Source of the DNA: Sulfolobales archaeon HS-7
Lineage (GTDB): Archaea > Thermoproteota > Thermoprotei_A > Sulfolobales > Sulfolobaceae
Length of the DNA: 64,000 nucleotides
Direction of reading: 5' to 3'
NCBI GenBank assembly: GCA_019704295.1
Contig: AP024596.1
Span: 960,001 to 1,024,000 of the forward strand
This document shows, piece after piece, positions 52,030-62,778 of this stretch (positions are counted from its first letter, which is position 1; each line of letters begins with the position of its first letter). The notes under the pieces were generated by a model, which had not been told where the DNA came from, made no database searches, and worked only from the letters and a program-made list of their open reading frames with translations. A program made the position numbers and the translations under genes.

Positions 52030-52941
52030 ATGGAATGTCGTGCAGAAAGGATTCTCTCTAGTTCACTTAGAGAGGAAAGGGAAATAAGAATATGTAATAA
52101 GGGAAAGAATTTAGTTTTAGTTTTACATCCTTATGGATATGGGAAAGTACCGTTTTTAGTTGGTAATCCGAAGTACCCATCTTTTAAGAAGATGGAGTCA
52201 ATAGACGCCGTGTTTGTAGAACCTGACGCAAGCCTTCCAATTAGGTCCGGAATTACTAATCCCCCATTTGAGGATATGTACATGGGTTCATGGTATCATG
52301 ATTCAGAGTATGTTGGTAAATACGCTTCTTTTATAGTCGAAGTGGCAAGACTATTCAAAGAAAGATATGAAATAAAGGGTAGAACAGCAGTAATTGGGGG
52401 ATCTATGGGAGGATGGGGGGCAATAAATCTCACTTTGAAATATCCAGATATTTTCAGCATTGGGGCGTCAGCAGACGGTCCAATGATCTATGGGAAGTCC
52501 CTGTTATTCTTAAAGGAGGGAACCCAGGAACTTGCGAGAATTATGGGTACTACGGTTGAGCAAGTGGGTGAGGTTTACTTAGATATGGCAAGATCTCTGG
52601 ACATAGTTTATACAGGTGGGAAACTCCTAAAAAGCGTATCCTACATAAATGGTAAGGTATTATACGATGAAAGTCTTTTCGAGAAGATAAAACTTAATTT
52701 CCCATTACAAGTAGTCGAGACCTATAGGGCGAATATTGTGGAAAACGAGCTGATTTTAATTACTAACTATTATGATACGGGGATTGCTATCTCTAATTCC
52801 CTTATGCATAACAAGATGTTACAATTACATATTCCTCATCATTACCAGTGCTACGTTGGTCCTAAAGTAGCGTCCCACATAATTGGAGTAGCTAATAGTA
52901 TGTCTAAAATTCTTGAATTATTAGGGGTAAGGTTTAGATAA
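52030..52941 (+). CDS. Alpha/beta-hydrolase (esterase-like)
   Basis: LVLHPYG, GGSMGG nucleophile elbow, YPDIF, C-terminal His. Confidence 0.8.
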   Translation: MECRAERILSSSLREEREIRICNKGKNLVLVLHPYGYGKVPFLVGNPKYPSFKKMESIDAVFVEPDASLPIRSGITNPPFEDMYMGSWYHDSEYVGKYASFIVEVARLFKERYEIKGRTAVIGGSMGGWGAINLTLKYPDIFSIGASADGPMIYGKSLLFLKEGTQELARIMGTTVEQVGEVYLDMARSLDIVYTGGKLLKSVSYINGKVLYDESLFEKIKLNFPLQVVETYRANIVENELILITNYYDTGIAISNSLMHNKMLQLHIPHHYQCYVGPKVASHIIGVANSMSKILELLGVRFR

Positions 52942-52993
52942 TATCTACTCTAATAATGATAACTTTTTATTTTTTAATTCAAAGATAGTTGTT

Positions 52994-54052
52994 ATGGAAA
53001 AGTACTGTCCTAGATGCGGTAATTCATTACAGGATAGTGTGCAAGTTTGTCAATATTGCGGTTATACATTCCCATCTTCACAGCCTAACACACAACCTCA
53101 AACTCCGCCTCCCACATATCAACCATTACCAACACAGCCCCCAAGCAACGTTGGCAAAACTCAATATGGTACATCTCAACCGAATCAACCAACGGGAATT
53201 CCACAACCGTCATATAGTTATAGACAACAACCGGTTCTACCTGCTAACTATATTCAAAATGTCCCTAAACAGTTTTTATCAGTGTTACAAACATCGTATC
53301 AAGCTATTTTATCAACATATAACTACGCAAAACTAATTGTTGGAATAAGCGTAATACTGTTTGCTGTTGGGGAATTATTTCCACAAATAGAGTTAATTAT
53401 ATCCTCCATCAGATTTCATGCATATGCTTCAATAGCACCAGCTACATTGCTTATTGCATCATTTCTTATTTATTTAGTAGTAGGAATATTATTCCTAATA
53501 AGTAAAAATTTCTCACTTAATCGATTAATATATCCTCTATCACTACTATACTTCCTTATACTAGGTATAACAGAGATGGTGGCTACTGCGATAGCTACAG
53601 GCACTGGCTATTTCCCTGGTGTAATCTTAGTTACTGGTTCAATCTTGGGATTCTTTGCAATAATGAAAAGTAACGATAAGATTACCGCTTATGTAATTGG
53701 TTTCGTATCTGTGCTTCTCATATATATTTATAGTAATTCATTCCTTAACTCAAACCTATGGGGTCCTGCAGTGTTAACGGTATTATCCTTCTTAATAGTT
53801 ATGACTTTCGTCGATATGAGAGTAATTAGAGGAGTCGGTTGGTCTATAAGTGCGCTGATACTGTCAATAGGATTTATTACGTTTGGCTCTAGCTTGCTCT
53901 CTGTATCAAACCCAGGAGGATACTTGGGTACAGCATATTTTGGAATAACAGTTGCTAGTGGAATATTATCTGTGATAGGTGGAGTATTCGGTATAGTATG
54001 CGGAATATTTATGATAATATTTTCATTAATTACTCGAGAAACATTATTTTAA
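52994..54052 (+). CDS. Zinc-ribbon + P/Q-rich linker + polytopic membrane protein
   Basis: CPRCG...CQYCG, PQ-rich stretch of about 65 aa, about 8 TM helices. Confidence 0.8.
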   Translation: MEKYCPRCGNSLQDSVQVCQYCGYTFPSSQPNTQPQTPPPTYQPLPTQPPSNVGKTQYGTSQPNQPTGIPQPSYSYRQQPVLPANYIQNVPKQFLSVLQTSYQAILSTYNYAKLIVGISVILFAVGELFPQIELIISSIRFHAYASIAPATLLIASFLIYLVVGILFLISKNFSLNRLIYPLSLLYFLILGITEMVATAIATGTGYFPGVILVTGSILGFFAIMKSNDKITAYVIGFVSVLLIYIYSNSFLNSNLWGPAVLTVLSFLIVMTFVDMRVIRGVGWSISALILSIGFITFGSSLLSVSNPGGYLGTAYFGITVASGILSVIGGVFGIVCGIFMIIFSLITRETLF

Positions 54053-54310
54053 CTTCAGTGTGAGTTAAGTGGTGAGAGTTTTCCTCTACGACAGTAGACT
54101 CGGATTATTTAGAATGTGAAATTATATGAGTATTTTCTCAGTTCTCTTAGGTAACGGTTCTCCTATTCGAACGTCTTATTCCTTAACGTAATTTATCATG
54201 ACTGAAATCGAGTAAGAATGGGGAAGGCCTCTCTCATTTTCACGCTTAACAATAATTATTTCAATATTATTTTGAGTCTACTAATGAGGAAGGACCATTC
54301 GCATTCCGTT

Positions 54311-55231
54311 CTATGATTTTTTTCTTCTCTGAATAGCACGTTCATATTCTTTTTTCTCCTCATCAGTTTCTGGGGAATATTGCTTTACTGGAATAGGTTT
54401 ACCATTTTCATCTATGTGAACAAAGGTAAAGTATGTTGTGGTTACATGTTCCGTTATCCCGCTTTGAGGTTCGTATTTGATTACATTTAACGTTACTTCC
54501 ATTGATGTCCTACCGACGTATGATATACACCCCCTAATAAGTATGTAATCTCCTAACATAACGGGAGAATAAAATGACGTCCTACTAACGGCAGCAGTTA
54601 CAACGTGTCCGTTTGAATAAGGATATCCGATGTAATTTAGACAAAGTATTCCCCCTGTGTCGTCCATAATTTTAAGAATTCTACCTGCAGAAGCTGTCAC
54701 TCCGTTATATGTCAAATCTGGGGTCACGTTAAGGCTATTAGTTATTATATACCTAAAACCGATTGTCGGGTTAGTAACATCAAATCTCCTCTCATTTCTA
54801 TCCTTAATTTTCTGAAGACGTTCTTCCCTCCTTCTCATCGCAACATTCCATATTTCCTGGTCATCCGGTTCTATGATCTCCTCTATCTTCAGAGGTCGTA
54901 AATTCCTGTCCACTTTAACGTAAGAACCGTAGGCATTTGCTATTAACTCATTCCCTCTTAGAGCCTTCATCTCTACTTCTACTGAAGTTCGCCCGACAAA
55001 TTGTATTTCCGCGTATATAGATATGATATCTCCAAGTTTCACTCCTTTGTGAAAAACTACGTCATCCAAAGTTGCTAGCACTGCCTGCCCTTTCACAGCC
55101 TTTACTACACATAAAAGACCGGCGTCCGCTAGCCACCTTAGCATATCCCCTCCGTGTAATCTTCCTAGAAAGTTCGTCTCAGTGTAATGGACTATTTTAT
55201 GTTGGACTATGCGGGTTTCAGACGTTTTCAA
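54311..55231 (-). CDS. Tandem hotdog-fold acyl-CoA thioesterase
   Basis: NFLGRLHGGDML, VGRTSVEV / VGRTSMEV duplication. Confidence 0.9.
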   Translation of the reverse strand: MKTSETRIVQHKIVHYTETNFLGRLHGGDMLRWLADAGLLCVVKAVKGQAVLATLDDVVFHKGVKLGDIISIYAEIQFVGRTSVEVEMKALRGNELIANAYGSYVKVDRNLRPLKIEEIIEPDDQEIWNVAMRRREERLQKIKDRNERRFDVTNPTIGFRYIITNSLNVTPDLTYNGVTASAGRILKIMDDTGGILCLNYIGYPYSNGHVVTAAVSRTSFYSPVMLGDYILIRGCISYVGRTSMEVTLNVIKYEPQSGITEHVTTTYFTFVHIDENGKPIPVKQYSPETDEEKKEYERAIQRRKKS

Positions 55232-55619
55232 CTATTACACCTAATATTTCGTCAGAAAGTTTAAGGTATTCTCCGCTTCCAGTCTTCCTCCATTCGAGGA
55301 TCGCATCCCTTAATCCATCAAGGATCTCCTTTAAATTCGTGGGTATATCCCTAAGAATTCTTTCGGGGAAATCAGTAACTGAAACTCGTTTCGGTCGGGC
55401 TGAGAAAAACGGAAGGTATTCATCCTGAGTAGCACTAATTATAAGGCCACCATGACGATCTACCATATACTCGTATCCTCCTACACGACCAACAGTTACC
55501 GCAAAGTCCTCACCTGGTGGAACTACTTGACTTAGTGAGTTGAGGAACGCAATGGAGCTCTTCAGATCCTTATTTCTCTTTACTCGCGTTAAGGAATTCT
55601 TAAAATCTTCTACGCTCAT
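55218..55619 (-). CDS. Hypothetical protein
   Basis: 133-aa ORF overlapping the thioesterase start. Confidence 0.7.
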   Translation of the reverse strand: MSVEDFKNSLTRVKRNKDLKSSIAFLNSLSQVVPPGEDFAVTVGRVGGYEYMVDRHGGLIISATQDEYLPFFSARPKRVSVTDFPERILRDIPTNLKEILDGLRDAILEWRKTGSGEYLKLSDEILGVIVENV

Positions 55620-55800
55620 AGTAACAAGATTTGGGATTCCCAGTTATAAAAATGGAGGTTATAAGAAAGGGGAAATTGAGTGAGATATGAAGACATTCTA
55701 TACGACACCTCCCTAAGTTCCAGTTATTATTAAAAAGAACTATTAGAAGACTTTCAATTTCAGTAAAACCTTTCTGATAACTATTCCAAGAAGGTATTAT

Positions 55801-56115
55801 CTTAATGGGAAGATTCAGGGAAGGCATAAGGCCCTATCTACAGGGATTGGATTTATACCCCTTTTAGTTAATCTAAAATAAGAGAAAGGGACTCATTTAT
55901 GTTAATTACACTTATTTACGCAGTATGTGTTACTGAGACGCCTTAGCGAGGCTGTGTGGTACGCCCCTGCTCCAATCAGCAGCCATCAGGACACCACCAT
56001 GTCCACTTCGAGGTGCAATCCTTAGACACTATGGTGCCCTACAGGCAAGGTGGAGATAAGAAGCAGGAAGTCCCTACCGTGAGGTAGGGTATAGTATCCA
56101 TCAGGGTAAGTTCAC
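55801..56115 (+). mobile_element. SMN1-like IS200/IS605 MITE, 315 bp
   Basis: TTAT|CTTAATGGG left end as in the tnpB element; GGCAAGGTGG...GAAGCAGGAAG, hairpin CCCTACC-GTG-AGGTAGGG, terminal GTTCAC. Confidence 0.8.
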
Positions 56116-56165
56116 TTATGTAGCTTAACCTGAAGGCATTATTTGTCAAGGTTAAGTTCCTTCCC

Positions 56166-57338
56166 CTAGGTTGGGGTTGGCGTCTTAAAAATATCGCTTC
56201 TTCTTAGGGTCCTTTCCCACGTTCTGTCAAATCTAAAGATTTCCATGAATATTGCAGTGATGTGGAGTATGACGACCAGTTGGATGTATACATAAGAGAC
56301 AAAAGCGTAAGGTATTCCTATCATATGTTTTTTTGAAATAATCACTGCCACTATAAACGTGAAAAGTGAAGACAGAGTAATGAAGGAACCGAATACTAAA
56401 AGCATTTCACGAGGAACTACAATGACCAAAGAGTAGTCTAATAAACTGATTGCCATGAACATAGGGGTAAATACTACTGTTATTGCGTCTATTATCTTTA
56501 GTGTGGGTTTGCCTAATTCCTTCATGGATATTTCGAGATGTCCCCGATACCACCTTAGTCTTTGCTTTATTAGGGCTCTTAAACTAGGGGCAACCTCCCT
56601 CCAGGAGAGAACAGACGGGACGTAAATCACCTTATAATTCTTTGCAGTTAGCCTCAAACTTAGGTCTAGGTCCTCGGTTAGAGTATTCTCATTCCATAGC
56701 CCAACTTCTCTTAATACGGAGCTTCTAATAAACATGCACGTTCCGTTAAGAGGAACGAATCCACCTAATCTAGCCCTTCCCGCTATACTGTACTCGTATA
56801 AAAGTTCCTCAAGGGCTGCAAACCTTGAAGCCAGACTATCGTTTACGTTTATCGGGAGAAGTTTCCCCTGGACTGCTGCGACATCCCTTTTTTCGAATTG
56901 TCCCGCTGCAGATTTTAATGCATCAAGTTTCGGGATTGTGTCTGCATCGAACACCGCTACTATTTCCCCCTTTGCTACGTCCATCGCTGCGTTCAGGGCT
57001 GCTGCCTTTCCCTTTTTGTTTATAGACAAACATTTAATCAGGCGGTAGTTCTCTGCATACTTCATGCAAACGTCTAGGGTATTATCTGTGGAACCGCTTT
57101 CCGCAACAATAATCTCCATTTTCTCCCTGTCGTATTCCTGCTGAATTAGCCTATCTATTATTCTTGGAAGTTGCTTCTCTTCGTTCTTCGCAGGAATGAT
57201 AATACTTACTGTAGGATAATTATTTATTGTAGAGTAAGCAGAAAATTTCCATGTTATACCTAAGCTGGATAGAGAAGTATTATAGAGGTTCCATATAGTC
57301 ACTAATGTTACGGAAAACAGCACCAAATATGTGAGCAT
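56166..57338 (-). CDS. Processive GT2 glycosyltransferase (cellulose-synthase-like)
   Basis: IPAKNEE, GKAAALN, FDAD, LTED, QRLRW. Confidence 0.92.
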   Translation of the reverse strand: MLTYLVLFSVTLVTIWNLYNTSLSSLGITWKFSAYSTINNYPTVSIIIPAKNEEKQLPRIIDRLIQQEYDREKMEIIVAESGSTDNTLDVCMKYAENYRLIKCLSINKKGKAAALNAAMDVAKGEIVAVFDADTIPKLDALKSAAGQFEKRDVAAVQGKLLPINVNDSLASRFAALEELLYEYSIAGRARLGGFVPLNGTCMFIRSSVLREVGLWNENTLTEDLDLSLRLTAKNYKVIYVPSVLSWREVAPSLRALIKQRLRWYRGHLEISMKELGKPTLKIIDAITVVFTPMFMAISLLDYSLVIVVPREMLLVFGSFITLSSLFTFIVAVIISKKHMIGIPYAFVSYVYIQLVVILHITAIFMEIFRFDRTWERTLRRSDIFKTPTPT

Positions 57339-57456
57339 CAGGTTAGATACGCTTTAATCATATATATTCTTAATATTACCTCAATTATGTATAACGATCG
57401 AAGCATTGACAATATAGTCCTATTGCTCTTTAAATCATCTTCACCAAATATTAATT

Positions 57457-57723
57457 ATGATAACCAAATCTGATATCAGAGATATAATGGGGGAGTACTC
57501 TCCTCGTGGTGAAACTTTAGCTAATGTAGGTAAGTTCATAGCGATTGGCTTGGACGATCCTTTCCACGTAACAACCATTACCGGGGGGGCTCTTATTATA
57601 GCGGGGGAGATCATGAGAAGGAGAACCCCTCTAGGTGTCAGAATGGCCACTCTAATGATACGGCAAGGGATACAGGAATTCCATAAAATTTCATTGGAGA
57701 TAAGTACACTTGGGTTAAAGTAA
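57457..57723 (+). CDS. Hypothetical protein
   Basis: 88-aa ORF whose stop overlaps the next start (TAATG). Confidence 0.65.
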   Translation: MITKSDIRDIMGEYSPRGETLANVGKFIAIGLDDPFHVTTITGGALIIAGEIMRRRTPLGVRMATLMIRQGIQEFHKISLEISTLGLK

Positions 57724-58634
57724 TGAAAATAACGCCGATAGCCTTTGAGAGTCTAGGGGTGAGATCTCAATGTACATTAGTGGAAACTAAAGATATTAGG
57801 ATACTAATCGACCCTGCTGTGTCATTGGCTCCTAGGAGATACGGTCTCCCCCCTCATCAGAATGAAGTTGATAAATTAAATGAACTAAAAAGGAAGATAG
57901 AGTCGACGGACGCCGAACTCATAATCGTAACACATTACCATTACGACCATCACGATCCTGGGTACGTTGTAAGTAACGAGATCTATAGGAATAAGACGGT
58001 GTTAATTAAGGACCCATTAAACTTCATAAATGTAAGTCAAAAGGTCTTTAGGGCTCCTAAATTTCTTAAGAGTATTGAAAAGAAAGCATCCGAGGTGCAG
58101 ATAGGGGACGGGAAGAAATTTGAGATAGGTTCTACGAAAATAAATATCTCTAACCCCGTACCCCATGGTGCGGACGAAAGGTTAGGTTACGTTATCCAAG
58201 TTGCTATAAGTGATAAGGACGATACAGTTCTTTTCACATCAGATATAGAGGGGGCGCCCAGAGGCGAACATCTTGCCTTTACTAATGAGATCAGACCTGG
58301 TATTATAGTCATTGATGGTCCTCTCTCATATCTTTTAGGGAGGGCTTGGAATGAAGAGACACTTAATAATGCAATGAAAAACATGGAGTACTTTATGAGG
58401 CTCGGTCTGCATACCGCGATAATAGACCATCACGTTCTGAGAGATCTGGAGTATCAGAGAGTTTTGGCACCTGTAATCGATGTAGCAAAGTCAGCGGGCG
58501 TTAAAGTAGTTACAGCCGCGGAATATTTAGGAATGGAGAACCTACAACTCGAAGCGAGGAGAAGGGAACTCTACACGTATGAGAATAAACCAGGAAAACT
58601 GACAAGAAACATGCTAAACCTAATGGACTCATAG
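57723..58634 (+). CDS. UPF0282 metallo-beta-lactamase fold protein
   Basis: [34 protein letters not shown]. Confidence 0.9.
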   Translation: MKITPIAFESLGVRSQCTLVETKDIRILIDPAVSLAPRRYGLPPHQNEVDKLNELKRKIESTDAELIIVTHYHYDHHDPGYVVSNEIYRNKTVLIKDPLNFINVSQKVFRAPKFLKSIEKKASEVQIGDGKKFEIGSTKINISNPVPHGADERLGYVIQVAISDKDDTVLFTSDIEGAPRGEHLAFTNEIRPGIIVIDGPLSYLLGRAWNEETLNNAMKNMEYFMRLGLHTAIIDHHVLRDLEYQRVLAPVIDVAKSAGVKVVTAAEYLGMENLQLEARRRELYTYENKPGKLTRNMLNLMDS

Positions 58635-58645
58635 CACGGGAACTC

Positions 58646-59656
58646 TTATAACCATGGATCAGCTACTATTCTTCCTAACGCATTACCCTTCTTATATTCT
58701 TCGAGTGCCTCACCTACTTTGTCAAGGCTTACTACCTTGTCAATAAGTATTTTCATTTTTCCCTCAGCTACTAGTCTTAATCCTTCCCTTAACTCATCCA
58801 ATGTATTCCCTACTGATGCTGTAACAGTTATTTCCCTAACTATGTTATACAAGGGATTCATTTCTATTTTTTCCCTCTCATATCCAATCAGGACGACTCT
58901 CCCCTTTCTCCCTACTGCTCTAATGTACGAATTATACGATTCCTTTGTTCCCACAAGGTCGTAAACCACATCGGCCATATTACCCTTTGTTATTTCGTGT
59001 ACTTTCTTAGTTAAGCTATCCTTTAGCGGATTGACGACTTCTGTGGCTCCTAATTCTTTTGCTAGCTCTAATTTCTTTTGATTACGAGAGACTGCAATAA
59101 CTTTAGCCCCCTTCAGCCTATTATATTGAATTAGCTGGAAACCTACACCTCCTACACCGTAAACAACTACAGTATCTCCCTCTTTTATAGAGGCCTTACT
59201 TGTGGCATGAATGGCAGTAGTAACGCTACATCCTATCGGCGCAGCTTCCTCAAATGAAATCTGATCAGGTATTCTTATTGCATTCCTGATGGGGGCTTTA
59301 ACATATTGTGCAAACCCCCCGTTATTCATGAAACCTAATTCTAGTTTCGGTCTAGGGCATAGGTTTTCTTCACCTGTTTTGCAGAAATTACATTGTCCGC
59401 AACCCTGATAATAGTATAGAACTACTCTATCCCCCTTCTTCAAATCACTATCTCCCTTGATCTCCTCAACCTCACCTGCAATTTCATGCCCTAAAATTAT
59501 TCCGTTGGGCGCTGGTATTATGGAATCTAGGAAATGGAGTTCTGTATGACAAATTCCTGCAGAATGAACTTTGATCAGGACTTCACCGTTCTCTATCTTA
59601 GGTAGTTCAACCTCATCCTTTACAAGCCCTCCGTCTCTAAGGAGTAATGCCCGCAT
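58646..59656 (-). CDS. Zinc-dependent alcohol dehydrogenase (MDR family)
   Basis: GICHTE, GHEIAG, CGQCNFC...C, GVGGVG. Confidence 0.93.
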   Translation of the reverse strand: MRALLLRDGGLVKDEVELPKIENGEVLIKVHSAGICHTELHFLDSIIPAPNGIILGHEIAGEVEEIKGDSDLKKGDRVVLYYYQGCGQCNFCKTGEENLCPRPKLELGFMNNGGFAQYVKAPIRNAIRIPDQISFEEAAPIGCSVTTAIHATSKASIKEGDTVVVYGVGGVGFQLIQYNRLKGAKVIAVSRNQKKLELAKELGATEVVNPLKDSLTKKVHEITKGNMADVVYDLVGTKESYNSYIRAVGRKGRVVLIGYEREKIEMNPLYNIVREITVTASVGNTLDELREGLRLVAEGKMKILIDKVVSLDKVGEALEEYKKGNALGRIVADPWL

Positions 59657-59726
59657 GATTAATACATGCTTAAGCGCTTTTTTAATTTTTAGTTAAGATA
59701 CTAAAATAGATGTTGTTATTTTTTAT

Positions 59727-61060
59727 CTTAATGGGGGTTCAAAGGGGGCGAAAGACCCCTTCCGTAAGGGGATGGATAGCCCCCTTTGTATAAGGTTAAA
59801 TATCCGTTCTTCTGCATTCTCCTAATGCCCGACGTAGTGTTCAGGTTCAGAGCCTACACTAATGACAAAACGTTGAGGGCGTTAAAGGCCCAGTTGAAGT
59901 CGGCGTCTGAATTGTACAACACCCTGCGTTGGGCAGACTCCTATTTCTATGCAAGAGACGGAAAAGGTCTGAACCAAACCCAGTTGAGGCAACTAGCGCT
60001 AGACCTGAGGAAGCAGGACGTGGAGTATCAACAACTGCACTCTCAAGTTGCTCAGAACGTTGCGGATCGCTTCTACGAGGCCAGGGAGAGGTTCTTCAAG
60101 GGATTAGCAAGGTTTCCCAAGGAGAAGAAGGCCTACAGATGGTACTCCCTGGTCTATCCGCAGAGCGGGTGGAAGGTATTGAGAGTGAGGGAGATAAGGA
60201 AGAAGAGCAGGGAGGGTAGCCCAAAGAAGTTGATGACGCTGAGTCTCTCCCATCTAGGTGTATTCGAGGTTCTTGTGCATAGGGACTTTCCCCTGGACAA
60301 GGTAAAGAGGGTTGTAGTAAAGCTAATGCCCTCAGAGAGGATTTACGTCTCCTTCGTGGTCGAGGGTTACGAGTTCCCCAAGCTAGCTAAGGTCAATAAA
60401 GTAACGGCACTGGACGTGGGCATCAAGACACTCATCATGACGTCAGAGGGAGAGTATTTCCCAAACGTAAAGCCTTACGAGAAGGCGTTGCGGAAGGTGA
60501 GGCACTTACATAGGATCCTGTCCAGGAAGAAGTTCCTCTCCAAGAACTGGTTTAAGGCAAAGGTGAAGTTAGCCAAGGCATACGAGCATCTCAAGAACTT
60601 CAGGAGAGACCTCTACATGAAACTAGGTAAGCACTTCGCGAGGAACTATGACGCGGTGGTGATGGAGGACATAAACGTCAAGAGGCTAGTGGGCAGATCG
60701 CTCAGGAAGACGAGGATGAGGCTCCATGACGTAGCCTTCAACGAGTTCAAGACGGTCTTGAAGTATCAGATGGAGAAGCACGGTAAATCCATCGCCCTAG
60801 TGGATCCGGGGTACACGTCTAAAACCTGTGCCAATTGTGGTTACGTGAAGGAAGACCTAACTCTCTCCGATAGGATCTTTTCCTGTCCCAAATGCGGATG
60901 GGTCACTGACCGTGATTACAACGCCTCCCTGAACATCCTACGTAGATCGGGGTCGGTGCGACCCTTAGTGCCTGTGGAGTTCCGCCCTCTACCAGTACTT
61001 CGGTACTGGCAAGGTGGGACCAGGAAGCAGGAAGCCCCGTTTAGGGCGGGGTGAGTTCAC
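59727..61060 (+). mobile_element. IS200/IS605-family tnpB-only element (IS1341/ISC1316-like), 1334 bp
   Basis: TTTAT|CTTAATGGGGG left end with AAGA-CCCCTT/AAGGGG hairpin; right end GAAG-CCCCG...CGGGG-TGAGTTCAC; higher GC than the flanks. Confidence 0.9.
59825..61054 (+). CDS. tnpB: RNA-guided endonuclease TnpB, apparently intact
   Basis: FRFRAY N-terminus, [18 protein letters not shown]...[14 protein letters not shown]; ATG 59825 preferred to TTG 59786. Confidence 0.95.
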   Translation: MPDVVFRFRAYTNDKTLRALKAQLKSASELYNTLRWADSYFYARDGKGLNQTQLRQLALDLRKQDVEYQQLHSQVAQNVADRFYEARERFFKGLARFPKEKKAYRWYSLVYPQSGWKVLRVREIRKKSREGSPKKLMTLSLSHLGVFEVLVHRDFPLDKVKRVVVKLMPSERIYVSFVVEGYEFPKLAKVNKVTALDVGIKTLIMTSEGEYFPNVKPYEKALRKVRHLHRILSRKKFLSKNWFKAKVKLAKAYEHLKNFRRDLYMKLGKHFARNYDAVVMEDINVKRLVGRSLRKTRMRLHDVAFNEFKTVLKYQMEKHGKSIALVDPGYTSKTCANCGYVKEDLTLSDRIFSCPKCGWVTDRDYNASLNILRRSGSVRPLVPVEFRPLPVLRYWQGGTRKQEAPFRAG

Positions 61061-61076
61061 ACCCTCTAATACTTTA
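60945..61076 (+). ncRNA. Predicted omegaRNA/reRNA (scaffold plus flanking guide)
   Basis: Hairpins GGGTCG-GTG-CGACCC and CCAGTAC-TTCG-GTACTGG, GCCTG/CAGG pseudoknot-like pair, RE hairpin; the guide would start at 61061; 5' end unknown. Confidence 0.65.
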
Positions 61077-61173
61077 AAGAGTGAGGATGAAATTTCACCT
61101 TTTCAAAGTTCATTCGTTTAATATCGTCAATAGTAAATGAGGAACCGTCGAACTTCGATGTCCGAAGAGGTGT

Positions 61174-61220
61174 TACATGCTTCGCCTCTAACACAGCTAT
61201 GGGAACAGCGTGTCCAGAAC
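61174..61220 (+). repeat. 47-nt block shared with 20025-20071 (45/47 identical)
   Basis: TACATGCTTCGCCTCTAACAyAGCTATGGGAACAGCGwGTCCAGAAC. Confidence 0.85.
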
Positions 61221-61639
61221 TATACATAGATCAACGTTATGTTCCTTGATGTTCTTGCTATTGGCAAACTTGCACCTTTTAAGACTAAATCACTGTAAGG
61301 ACTTGGTAATCTCTTCTCTAGTTCTACGTGTTTTTCCCCGTGGAAGGTAAGCTTTAAGTCTTGTGTTTTTAAGTTCTTGTTGGAAAAAAGAATATTTAAT
61401 TACTCTATTTATAAAGATGAGATAGTTAGCTGGGATTAGGAAAATGTTACTTTAAAACCTCAATAAAAGACGTCTTTTAGCATCAGTTTTAGATCCTTCG
61501 ACGTTCTATATTAAATCTACGTACTGCCATTAACTAACAAGTTAAGCTTCGTTGGTAAAACTAGAATACAAAATTCGGATGAACCGATAGGAAGACTCAC
61601 GATCATTTACAATTAGGACAATCTTTTTATTCAATCAAA

Positions 61640-62431
61640 TTGATGCTACTTATGAACGTCAAACTCATCGTGGTTTCAGTAGTGATAATAGGCGTGTTAG
61701 TTGGAGGACTCTCATATTATCAGCTATCCCATGTTACTCCGTCCCTAATAGTTCTCTCTCAGCAAGATATTTCCACCGTAATGCCGGGGTGGAAAGTGGC
61801 AGGAGTTTTAGTGGCAAATTACACGCCATTTTTCTCAAGTCTGTACCCTAATGCTACTCAGGTTGCACAAGAGGAGTTTATTAAAGGTAATGCTACACTA
61901 TACCTATACGTTATAGAGTATAATGCTACCCCTACTAATAAGCCGGGATACTCTGAATACGGTCACTTTCTGATCCACGCTAACGTAACTGGAAACACCA
62001 GTTATGTAAACCTCAATAATGTAATTTCAGAGGAGATAAACGCGATAAAGACAGGGAGCGGACTTAAACCCGAAATCTCTAACTTCATGCTCTCTTCAAA
62101 CGATAACGTAAACGTTCTCGAATATGGCAATTTAACTTCAAAAGATATTAATTTATACATAGAAGTAGTTAAAGATAATCAGAGTATTACATACATATCT
62201 ATAGAGAATGCCTCAAACTACTCTGAGATATACTCATCAATATACTCATCTGTAAAGCAATATGCCGTTAACGGAACGCTCAATGGTTATAATTACTTTA
62301 ACCTAACTATAACGTCCCTACAGGGACAAAGCTTCTATATTGTTGGTGAAAAACCAACATGGGTCGTAATACTTGAATTTTACGGTCCACCCCAGTTTCA
62401 ACTATTTAGCACCATTATGGAGAGAATTTAG
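61640..62431 (+). CDS. N-terminally anchored extracellular hypothetical protein
   Basis: N-terminal TM helix, many N-x-S/T sequons; start probably ATG 61652. Confidence 0.75.
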   Translation: MMLLMNVKLIVVSVVIIGVLVGGLSYYQLSHVTPSLIVLSQQDISTVMPGWKVAGVLVANYTPFFSSLYPNATQVAQEEFIKGNATLYLYVIEYNATPTNKPGYSEYGHFLIHANVTGNTSYVNLNNVISEEINAIKTGSGLKPEISNFMLSSNDNVNVLEYGNLTSKDINLYIEVVKDNQSITYISIENASNYSEIYSSIYSSVKQYAVNGTLNGYNYFNLTITSLQGQSFYIVGEKPTWVVILEFYGPPQFQLFSTIMERI

Positions 62432-62466
62432 AAAGAGTTATAAGGGACTTTTACGTTAATCTTCCG

Positions 62467-62778
62467 ATGATAAGCATAAGCTTACCTTCAGGCATACAAT
62501 TATCTGGTATAGTAACGATAGTCGTTACTTTCTTACTAGGACTACTTATAGGAGTTTTAGTGAAAGAGTTGATCAAAGTTGGTATAGTTCTTCTAATAAT
62601 AGTTGTTCTACTTTATGCACTAGGATATATTCATCCCTCTTTCATTCAATACGCGCTTCATCAGGCTGGAGTAGTTGCACAACAAGCCTACAGCTATGCC
62701 CAGGAATATAAAAATATTATTCCTTACACTTCTATAGCTTTCATTATAGGGTTTGTAATAGGTTTGTGGAAAGGTTAG
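62467..62778 (+). CDS. Small membrane protein (FUN14-like)
   Basis: FLLGLLIGVLVKELIK, LGYI, FIIGFVIGLWKG. Confidence 0.65.
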   Translation: MISISLPSGIQLSGIVTIVVTFLLGLLIGVLVKELIKVGIVLLIIVVLLYALGYIHPSFIQYALHQAGVVAQQAYSYAQEYKNIIPYTSIAFIIGFVIGLWKG

